This document shows, piece by piece, positions 17,838 through 25,917 of a stretch of DNA of 33,339 bases. The stretch is taken from positions 1-33,339 of the IMG/VR virus record IMGVR_UViG_3300017956_003412; one strand, written 5' to 3'. Below the pieces are notes generated by a model. It was not told the DNA's origin. It did no database searches and saw nothing but the letters and a program-made list of their open reading frames with translations. Source of the DNA: a virus (lineage: Duplodnaviria > Caudoviricetes). The translations under genes and the position numbers were made by a program. Numbering within the stretch: the first letter of the stretch is position 1; each line of letters begins with the position of its first letter.

Positions 17838-18524
17838 TTATACGCCAAGTACAGATTTCATATGTGCTACCCAAGAAGCTTGATCTGCTTCGACTATTCT
17901 TAAATGTGCAATATAGTCAGCTTTTTCTTCATCTGGTAATATAACATATTCTATAGTGTGTTCCATATCAGTTCCTTCTAAGAACGTAATAGGTTCTGGA
18001 AAACGTACAATTTGTGGGTCAGGATCAGTATCACCTTCAACGCCAGCTATTAGTCTACCAGTGTCTGCTAATCTTTCTTCCCATATAGCTAAATTTTCAG
18101 CTGTTATATCAGGTACACCTAAAGGGTCTTCTCTAATTGGAATATAAGTTGGTGAAGGATACCGTTTAGCTAATACTTTTCTTTCTTCAAGTGTTAGTTC
18201 AGTTCCTTCAACAGGATCGCCTTCTAGATCAGTAGACATTGCAGCTTGTTCTTCTGCAATTCTATCTCTTTCTGCTTGTTCAGCATCGGCTATCGCTGCG
18301 TCTGCGTCTGCTCTAGCTGCACTAATTAACGGTGCAATATCATTATTATACTCATCGCTTCCAGGAACATAAATTGTATTGTTATGCCAATAATTGCCAG
18401 GTACACAATCTGGATCTGATGATTCTATCCAAACATTACCGCTACTACTAACCAATGTTGCATCTGTTTCTGTAGCAACTATTATGTCAATTCCGTAAGC
18501 GTTTTCTTCTGTTCTAAAATACAT
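17838..18524 (-). CDS. Acidic hypothetical protein, possible fibre assembly/partner protein
   Basis: AAGGAG ribosome-binding site; D/E-rich with an Ala-rich coiled-coil-like stretch; directly follows the Gly/Cys-rich fibre gene. Confidence 0.7.
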   Translation of the reverse strand: MYFRTEENAYGIDIIVATETDATLVSSSGNVWIESSDPDCVPGNYWHNNTIYVPGSDEYNNDIAPLISAARADADAAIADAEQAERDRIAEEQAAMSTDLEGDPVEGTELTLEERKVLAKRYPSPTYIPIREDPLGVPDITAENLAIWEERLADTGRLIAGVEGDTDPDPQIVRFPEPITFLEGTDMEHTIEYVILPDEEKADYIAHLRIVEADQASWVAHMKSVLGV

Positions 18525-18537
18525 TAATAATTACTCC

Positions 18538-20040
18538 TTAATATACAACAACAACTGCGCCGCTGCCACCTGTTGGATACAATCTATTGCCTCCGCCACC
18601 TGCACCTGCAGCTTGTTTACTTGTTGCTCCATAGCCATATTCAAAATCTACTACATTGCCGCCGTTTCTTGCTTTAAGTGTTGATAACGGAATTACACTA
18701 GTATGCGACGGTTTTAAAGAATCGCTATCTTTAGAATACCCTAGAGTATAGTACAATGCACTGCCACCGCCATATAAGTTTTCCATTGCAGCACAAGGCC
18801 AACTACTTATGTTAGTTCCGTAAATAAAGGTGAAATGGTCTTGGCTAAATCCTATATAACAAACAATAGTAGTCGATTCACCAGTGCCTGATGATGCTGT
18901 AACTTCTGGAGCCATAATATGTACATCACTTACTCCGTTGTGTCCGTTTGAATGCGAAGCACCTGATTCTGCACCTATTCCTACTGGACAGTTTGTAACA
19001 GCAAAATCGTCATAACTTGACGGATACATTTGTCCGCCGCCGCCACCGCCAGCTGATTTAGCAAACTGTGTTACACCAGCGGCGCCGCCGCCTCCTCCGC
19101 TATTTGAACAAAGGTATACATTATTACACATTCTTTGGCAAATACAGTTTGACCACGGCATGTTGTAATAACATTGTCCGCCGAATACGTTATGATATGT
19201 AACTAGACACAAGCAAGGAAAGTTTGTTTCGCCGCCCCAGTAGAAACAACATCCACATGTTCCGCCGTTTAGTGTACTATTATTTGGTTTTAAATAACCA
19301 ATAGTGCAAACACAATTATATCTTGTTCCACCAAAATTATAGTCATAACCTGAATAATATGTATTTGTACAAGTACAACCTTCAAGACCGCCGCCTGCTC
19401 CGCCGGAACCATTTGCTACTAATGATCCATCTATTGTTGCATCTTCTCTAAAGTAAGGAATGAATACGCCGTCACCGCCGTCTCTATTAATATCGCCGCC
19501 AGTTGCTGTACCGCCTGAGTTAAAATAACCGTTAATACAGTTTCTATATCCACATACAGGAAGATCAAATCCTAAACTTACCGGGTTATCGTTTGAATCA
19601 TCTCTAGCTATTGCATTACCTACACAGTTCCAAGAAACTGCTGTTTCTGTTGCATTGTTTGCTGTTACTGTTGTACTTCCGATGCTAATACTACTTGCTG
19701 TTAAACCTCCGCTTGAACCAACATTAATCGTCATTGATTGCCCTGGTGCAATATCTGTAAGAGTTTTTTCTGCATAGCCGCCTCCGGCACCAGTTAAGTG
19801 TCCTACCATATTAATACAATAATCTGATCCTGGAACTGCAACGCCTGAGCAACAAGCAGTACTTTCAAAACAAAACTCTGTTGTTCTATAATTACTACCT
19901 GCGCCAATTACAAATACTTTAGCTTTACTAATTCCTGCAGGAACAGTCCAGGATGTAGTTCCTGGTGTAGTGTAAACTTCGGCACGTGCAAAACTAGCTT
20001 CTGTGCTACCGCTGCCTGAACCTGATATAAATCTTCCCAT
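18538..20040 (-). CDS. Gly-rich, Cys-rich tail-fibre/adhesin-like protein
   Basis: YTTPGTTSWTVPAGISKAKVFVIGAG, GAGGGYAEK and terminal GGSGAVVVVY, typical of phage glycine-rich domains; about 24 Cys by hand count. Confidence 0.75.
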   Translation of the reverse strand: MGRFISGSGSGSTEASFARAEVYTTPGTTSWTVPAGISKAKVFVIGAGSNYRTTEFCFESTACCSGVAVPGSDYCINMVGHLTGAGGGYAEKTLTDIAPGQSMTINVGSSGGLTASSISIGSTTVTANNATETAVSWNCVGNAIARDDSNDNPVSLGFDLPVCGYRNCINGYFNSGGTATGGDINRDGGDGVFIPYFREDATIDGSLVANGSGGAGGGLEGCTCTNTYYSGYDYNFGGTRYNCVCTIGYLKPNNSTLNGGTCGCCFYWGGETNFPCLCLVTYHNVFGGQCYYNMPWSNCICQRMCNNVYLCSNSGGGGGAAGVTQFAKSAGGGGGGQMYPSSYDDFAVTNCPVGIGAESGASHSNGHNGVSDVHIMAPEVTASSGTGESTTIVCYIGFSQDHFTFIYGTNISSWPCAAMENLYGGGSALYYTLGYSKDSDSLKPSHTSVIPLSTLKARNGGNVVDFEYGYGATSKQAAGAGGGGNRLYPTGGSGAVVVVY

Positions 20041-20050
20041 AATTAAATCC

Positions 20051-20368
20051 TTACGCTGTACTTGTTGTTATTCCATAAACGACTGCATTAACGTCTGTAG
20101 CACTTGATCTTACTACTACACGTTGATCGGCTCCTACAACCACTCCAGTTCTTTCAAGAACCCCTTTTGGTCCTATGCCTACATCGTATTCTATATATTC
20201 TGCTGCTGTTGGTGTATCTGCATCACTGACAGCAACTCTTATTGTAACTGTACTTCCACTTCTGTTAACAACGTTAATTGTCGTAACAGCAAAGGTACTC
20301 GATGGCGCAGTATACACAACAGTATCTATATTTGCTGCTAAATTTAATGCTCCTAATTTACCCGACAT
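20051..20368 (-). CDS. Small beta-sandwich virion protein
   Basis: 105 aa, GGAG ribosome-binding site; VYTAP...INVVNR...IEYD..I....LERTG; loosely similar to the 109-aa ORF at 30742-31071. Confidence 0.72.
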   Translation of the reverse strand: MSGKLGALNLAANIDTVVYTAPSSTFAVTTINVVNRSGSTVTIRVAVSDADTPTAAEYIEYDVGIGPKGVLERTGVVVGADQRVVVRSSATDVNAVVYGITTSTA

Positions 20369-20383
20369 TTTACTTTTTCTCCA

Positions 20384-23300
20384 TTATCTTGATAATAAGT
20401 AGTTTAACGCTAACGGGGTTCCAGATATTCCACCTTTGAAATTAGCCTTACTAACTATGTTTATCGTACCATCTTCTACATGACTAATACTATTTAGCGA
20501 GATAAGGATCGAACCTGCTTGAACGCTGTTAACATTTAGATTACTTCCGCCGCCACCAATTTGTGACTGTATATATGTTCTGATTGCTTTTTGTGTTGGA
20601 ACAATACTATCTGAGTTTGCAGCAAATGTTCCATCTGTACTGAATTCATTAATAGCAGTGTTTGAACTACCTAGTGTAACTGTACCTAGTTGCAATTCTT
20701 GTAGACCTGCTAAGTTAAACGCATCGGCATTCAATGTTGATTTACCTGTTGCTTGTTCAACACTAAACAATTCGCCAACTCGGAAGTTACCATCTTGGTC
20801 AGTACTTGTATAGAATACTCGTCCACCGCCTGACTCACTAGTTTCTTTAGTTGCGTCTGGTTCGTATGCAGGTGTATTTGGATAGTTAGTATCACCAAAA
20901 CTACCAGTACCAATATCTAAGAAATCGTGTCCTGTTAGACGTACTTGTGAATAACGAATTCTAACTTCTAGTGCATCTCCGTGTTCTGGTGCAAGAGGGA
21001 TACTAACTTCTGGACTTAACTGCAATGTTGCAGTATAAGGGCCGTTGCCTAGCAATCCTGTTACGTTAACTAATTTATAGAATGTACTGTTTCCTGCAAA
21101 TGTAATGTTTGCACCTTCTTGAGGAACATCTGACAAACCTTCAACGTTGACATATCTTCCGTCTTGATACATATCTGCATAACCGTCACCAGTTATTTGA
21201 CATTCTGCGTTTTCCCAATCTTGTCCTCTATCTAGCCAGTTTGGCTGTGCTAGAGCTCCGTTACTTGTTCTAACAGTCCATGTACCGTCAACAGTATTAC
21301 TAGGATCTGTTACAGTTAGTGTTGGAGTTGTAGTATAACCTGAACCTGGTTCAATTATACGTATTGCAGACAGTTGTCCACTTTGTGATTGTGCTCTTAC
21401 AAATGCAGGAGTTGCATTTTTCTGATATTGTGCAACTGCATTTGTGCCATCACCGCCTACAACAACAAACGTTCCTTCTGCACCCGGATTTCCAAATGCA
21501 ACACCTCTGTGATTGTTAGTGTATGTTAGTGTAGAGCTTGTCCATTTTAAAGCATCTTGTGTAGTAGCAGCAACTTGTCCAGTTGTATTGTCGATTGCTA
21601 AGAATGAACCTTGTCCGTATGCAATTCTACTCCAATCAGCCGATGCAGGTAATGTACTTGCATACCAAGTTACACCATCTAAACTATATGCACCAGCGTT
21701 AGTTCCTGTAGCAACAGCAATGAATCTTCCGTTACCAAATGCTATACTTGACCAGTTTGATGAAGAAGGTGTAGTTATTCCAGTAGTCCAAGAAGTTCCT
21801 GAATTTTCAGTATATGCAACATTATTTGCTCCTGCTGCTAGTGCTACAAATTTTTTCAATCCATAACCCAATGCAGTATAGCTCGAACCAATACTTGGCA
21901 AGTTAGTAACACCTGTCCAAGTTGTTCCATCTGTTGATAATGCAACGTCACCTGCTGCACTAATTGCTATAAACTCTTCATTAAATGTATCAAATGCTAT
22001 ATCTACCCAATCTGCTGATGCAGGTAGCGTCATTGCATTCCAGGTTGCTCCGCTATCAGCACTGTAAGCACCTGCTGTTCCTGTTGCTGTTGGAAGCGTT
22101 ACGAAATAGCCTGTTCCGCCAATGTTGCCGTATTCAATGCTATCCATACTCGCTGGTGCTGCACCACCTGCATTAAATATTTGACCGCCAGGTGTCCATG
22201 TACCTCTTGCTGCTGATACTGCTGTTGCAGTACTTGTATTTGATACTGCTACCCAAACATCATCACCATATGCAACGTCTGTCCAAATATCTGTTGTATT
22301 ATTTGCGCCTGTTGGGAAGCTACCTCCATTATAACTTACTGCATCAGGTGCCGAAACTGTTACTCTAGGTTCAACACTGTATGTTGATGCACTATTTGGA
22401 GCAACAATCGGTTTTCCAGCAAGGATTTGATCCCAACCTGGTGCATCATCCGATTCTCTAAGAATTGTTGCTACTTTTGTACCTGAGTTGTATGTATTAA
22501 CATAACCATACTGACCAGCGCCTTGTCCTGTTTTAATAAACACTCGCATACCTACATATGCGCTCGATGGTGCTGTTTCAGAACCTGCAAGTGTAATACT
22601 TGTAGTTGTTCCTGTTTGTGCAGTGTTTTCAGATTGTCTATAGTCTTCGCCAACTGTTAACATTCTAATTTCACTAATTGCATCGTCTCTGATTTCATCT
22701 GCTATAAAATCTTGATCATAACCAATTCCAGTAAAATCAAAAACATTATTTTTTGTAGTGTATGCAGTACCTGCATTTCTGTATTCAACTACTAATATAT
22801 CTGAAGAATCTGTAAACACTCTTCCAACTTGAGCTTCATATGCTCTGTTATTAACTGTACCTGTGATAGGTGTTTCTGTACTATCAACCCCTTCAGCAAC
22901 TGAACCAAAGTCACCGTAAGAGTTGTTACCATTTGTAGCACGAATCTTGCCACCATTTTCTGATAGATAACCAATATGGTTATAGTAACAGAATACAGAT
23001 ACAAGTTCTGCTCTTCCTAGGTTTGTTACCCAATAACCAATACCGTCGCTTAATACTTGTGTAAAGTCGTTAGCAACAATTGAATCATTACCACCAGCGT
23101 GTAGATCACCGTCTACTTTACATCCTACACATGCAGTACCAAATGTTGTAACGTTTTGTACATAAGGTGATCTTGTGTTAATCCATACTCTATCATCATT
23201 TGGACCCCAGCCTGGATCTAATGATGTGTAAGATCCTGCACTTGGTCTACTTGTTCCGTATGAATTTGCTGCACCTAGTGTACCTGTTAATCCTGCAATA

Positions 23301-25876
23301 GTACAGTTACGTAATCCGCAGCCGTCTCTTAAATAGAACATGTCTTGTTCTAAAGATCCATTAACTGCATTTACATAAAGTTTAGCTGCTGTTAATGCAC
23401 GATAGTTACCTGTATAAATTAGATCATATTTAATAGCATCAATATATCTGTTTACATCTCTTGCACATTTTTCTGTATCATAGACATATGCAGGATATGT
23501 AGTTGCAATATATGCTAGTATTTCAGCTACAATAAATGTTCTATTTGCTTCAATACACTCTACAGCAAATGTATAATCTGTATGTGTTTGAGGTGTATTT
23601 GTTCCTGCTAGTGTTGGTGGCGATCCAGCTGCATTTAGTTCGTCATCTATATAATTGTATATATCAAGTACAATACTTTGTGCGGCTGTACCTGCTGCTG
23701 CTGCGCCTGCAGGGCGTGTTGTTACTTGTGATTCTGCGTTTCCTGCGTCTGCTGTAATTGCAACGTTTTGTGCAATATCGCCAATAATAACTCTTAGTCT
23801 ATCAATAGCATCTAAACTGTAAGGAACATCTGCTGGTGCTACAAGAGATCCTGCAGGTTCTATTCTAGTTGAACGTAATTCGTCACCTACAACTGCTGTG
23901 CCTTCTGGAACAGACATTGGAAGAGTTTCTTTATACAATCCTGTTTTAACAAATATTGTGTTATTTGCTTTAATTTCTGCTGGAATATCTGTAGGTGCTT
24001 GATCATTTAACGCATCAATAATTATGTTAAGTAAATTATTAAGTGTACCTTGATCATCTGCTTTTTCTTTTAGTGTAGCATCAATTTGCTGTGTTATAGG
24101 TGTTACTACACCATTAGTTGTTTGATAATTAACTGCCGGTGCTGCGTTTGAAATCACTGCATCAATTAATTCTTTAAGGTATACTAAAGAAGCTGCTAAT
24201 TGTTCATACTCGTCTTGGATTCCAACTACTAAACTTCCTCCGTTAAAGTATGAAAGAGCTGCTGCTCTAGTTCTAACGTTTCCGCCATGAGAAATGTCCC
24301 AAGCTAGTGCATCTGTAATTTGTCCAATATCTCTTATACATTTAACTTTGTCGTCTTGAGTAAATCCATCCCAGATATCTCCCGGAGTTGCGTTTGCAAT
24401 TTGATAATCAACCCATTCTCCAATTTCTGCACCCATAAAGCTTCTATTAAGTTGTAATAATTGTTTTGTACCAGTGCTGTTGTGACCGTCTTCAACTCTT
24501 TCACATGCATAGCGTACAGAAGCAAATGGTTTATCTAGTGTATAACCATAATCGAGAGCGTTTGCGCCACCGTCAATACTTACATAGAATACATTATTAA
24601 CTTTTCCAAATTCTGACCATGAAAGATTACTTCCATCAACTTTTAGTACTTCGCCGTCGTTACCAATAGGAAGACGTGCAGGACCTGCACCAGAATAATA
24701 AACAATGTCGCCGTCTGTTGTTAATACTGTAGTTTCAGCGCCGCCAACTAATTGGTTCCATACAGATCCAACTAAGTCTTGATCTGGTCTATTTTGCTCT
24801 ACAGTTTCATCGGAAGTATGTTCTGAAATACATATATAACTTGAATTTGCATATCTTACTAGGTCTCCAGTATCATAATATGTGCCATCTGCCCAGTTGC
24901 CTTTCCAGTATTGTCCAGAATTTAATCTTTCCCATTCTATGCTTGGAGGTCTAGTTCCAACTACATCTGAAACACACAAATATGTGTATCCACCTACTCT
25001 TACTACATCGCCTACTTGATAGTTTGTTGCATTATTGTAGTCGCCTTCAAAATTAAATCCTGTTGAGAATAAATCCCAATCTGTTTGTCCTGGAGCAGTT
25101 GGTGTTGTACCTGTGTGATTAGTAATTGCTGCATATTGATATCCACCGTAGTTTACAATATCACCTGCTTGATATGCTGTAGCAATATTCCAGCTATCTT
25201 CAAATTCTAAACCTTCAACAAATTGTACCCAATTTGCAGAATCAACTGTAAAATCAGCAGCATCGGCAGTATGTCCTATGGTACTTAACCAAAGTCCGCC
25301 ACCTTGTTTTACAACATCGTTTAGTTTATATCTTGTTGCTCCTGTCCAAGTGCCTTTATAATCAAAACCTAAATTTAGTGTATCCCATTTAGCAGAGTCG
25401 TCTTCTAAACCTAAAGTTGTTGTATTAGCACTAGTATGACCTTCAGTACATATGTACAAACCTGCGCCGTACTTTACAAGATCACCTACTTTATAATAAG
25501 TTGATATTGTCCAATCACTTTTCCAATCAAATGACGAAGTAGCAAAAACGTCCCATTTTGATTGATCAAGTTCGAGTGAACTTTGTGACATATGCCCTGT
25601 AATACATATATAAACACGAGCACCGTATTTTACTAAGTCTCCAATTTGGTACTGTGTACTAGCTAGCCAATTGTTTCTCCATGATTGGCCATCTGTCATC
25701 ATTTCCCATTTATTAGTTGCTAAATCTAAATTAAAATCTGATAATGATGTGTGTCCTGTCACACAGATATACGTACGACCGTTTACTAAAACCACGTCGT
25801 CCACATAATAAATTGTAGAACTTACCCAATCGTTTTTCCAAACAAATCTAATTCTACCTAGTTTAAACTCTGCCAT
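20384..25876 (-). CDS. Large modular virion protein (1830 aa): 7 CBM5/12-like repeats, beta-helix-like region, KCxRD modules, beta-propeller
   Basis: GGAG ribosome-binding site; W...T.Y.VGD.V.YG...Y.C...HTS repeats; FYVS...KPFASVRYA / VKTGLYKETLP / GDELR; W..IA(Y/F)G...FVAV blades. Confidence 0.85.
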   Translation of the reverse strand: MAEFKLGRIRFVWKNDWVSSTIYYVDDVVLVNGRTYICVTGHTSLSDFNLDLATNKWEMMTDGQSWRNNWLASTQYQIGDLVKYGARVYICITGHMSQSSLELDQSKWDVFATSSFDWKSDWTISTYYKVGDLVKYGAGLYICTEGHTSANTTTLGLEDDSAKWDTLNLGFDYKGTWTGATRYKLNDVVKQGGGLWLSTIGHTADAADFTVDSANWVQFVEGLEFEDSWNIATAYQAGDIVNYGGYQYAAITNHTGTTPTAPGQTDWDLFSTGFNFEGDYNNATNYQVGDVVRVGGYTYLCVSDVVGTRPPSIEWERLNSGQYWKGNWADGTYYDTGDLVRYANSSYICISEHTSDETVEQNRPDQDLVGSVWNQLVGGAETTVLTTDGDIVYYSGAGPARLPIGNDGEVLKVDGSNLSWSEFGKVNNVFYVSIDGGANALDYGYTLDKPFASVRYACERVEDGHNSTGTKQLLQLNRSFMGAEIGEWVDYQIANATPGDIWDGFTQDDKVKCIRDIGQITDALAWDISHGGNVRTRAAALSYFNGGSLVVGIQDEYEQLAASLVYLKELIDAVISNAAPAVNYQTTNGVVTPITQQIDATLKEKADDQGTLNNLLNIIIDALNDQAPTDIPAEIKANNTIFVKTGLYKETLPMSVPEGTAVVGDELRSTRIEPAGSLVAPADVPYSLDAIDRLRVIIGDIAQNVAITADAGNAESQVTTRPAGAAAAGTAAQSIVLDIYNYIDDELNAAGSPPTLAGTNTPQTHTDYTFAVECIEANRTFIVAEILAYIATTYPAYVYDTEKCARDVNRYIDAIKYDLIYTGNYRALTAAKLYVNAVNGSLEQDMFYLRDGCGLRNCTIAGLTGTLGAANSYGTSRPSAGSYTSLDPGWGPNDDRVWINTRSPYVQNVTTFGTACVGCKVDGDLHAGGNDSIVANDFTQVLSDGIGYWVTNLGRAELVSVFCYYNHIGYLSENGGKIRATNGNNSYGDFGSVAEGVDSTETPITGTVNNRAYEAQVGRVFTDSSDILVVEYRNAGTAYTTKNNVFDFTGIGYDQDFIADEIRDDAISEIRMLTVGEDYRQSENTAQTGTTTSITLAGSETAPSSAYVGMRVFIKTGQGAGQYGYVNTYNSGTKVATILRESDDAPGWDQILAGKPIVAPNSASTYSVEPRVTVSAPDAVSYNGGSFPTGANNTTDIWTDVAYGDDVWVAVSNTSTATAVSAARGTWTPGGQIFNAGGAAPASMDSIEYGNIGGTGYFVTLPTATGTAGAYSADSGATWNAMTLPASADWVDIAFDTFNEEFIAISAAGDVALSTDGTTWTGVTNLPSIGSSYTALGYGLKKFVALAAGANNVAYTENSGTSWTTGITTPSSSNWSSIAFGNGRFIAVATGTNAGAYSLDGVTWYASTLPASADWSRIAYGQGSFLAIDNTTGQVAATTQDALKWTSSTLTYTNNHRGVAFGNPGAEGTFVVVGGDGTNAVAQYQKNATPAFVRAQSQSGQLSAIRIIEPGSGYTTTPTLTVTDPSNTVDGTWTVRTSNGALAQPNWLDRGQDWENAECQITGDGYADMYQDGRYVNVEGLSDVPQEGANITFAGNSTFYKLVNVTGLLGNGPYTATLQLSPEVSIPLAPEHGDALEVRIRYSQVRLTGHDFLDIGTGSFGDTNYPNTPAYEPDATKETSESGGGRVFYTSTDQDGNFRVGELFSVEQATGKSTLNADAFNLAGLQELQLGTVTLGSSNTAINEFSTDGTFAANSDSIVPTQKAIRTYIQSQIGGGGSNLNVNSVQAGSILISLNSISHVEDGTINIVSKANFKGGISGTPLALNYLLSR
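20764..20832. repeat. Direct repeat A, copy 1 (66/69 identical to 26298-26366)
   Basis: TAAACAATTCgCCAACTCGGAAGTTACCATCTTGGTCAGTACTTGTaTAGAATACTCGTCCaCCGCCTG; three synonymous mismatches. Confidence 0.9.
20896..20955. repeat. Direct repeat B, copy 1 (60/60 identical to 26448-26507)
   Basis: CAAAACTACCAGTACCAATATCTAAGAAATCGTGTCCTGTTAGACGTACTTGTGAATAAC. Confidence 0.92.
23055..23089. repeat. Direct repeat C, copy 1 (35/35 identical to 27716-27750)
   Basis: ACTTGTGTAAAGTCGTTAGCAACAATTGAATCATT. Confidence 0.9.
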
Positions 25877-25909
25877 CGTTTACTCCAAAAGTTTGTATCG
25901 CGCTATACA

Positions 25910-25916
25910 TATTTAT
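25910..25916 (-). promoter_or_regulatory. T4-late-like promoter motif ATAAATA
   Basis: aATAAATAtgtat in the 41-nt gap upstream of the 1830-aa gene. Confidence 0.55.
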
Positions 25917-25917
25917 T

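Noticed and set aside
18560-19500. GCCGCC-type microrepeats as a contingency locus or CRISPR
   Set aside because: They are poly-Gly codons with varied third positions; there is no repeat-spacer periodicity anywhere in the window.
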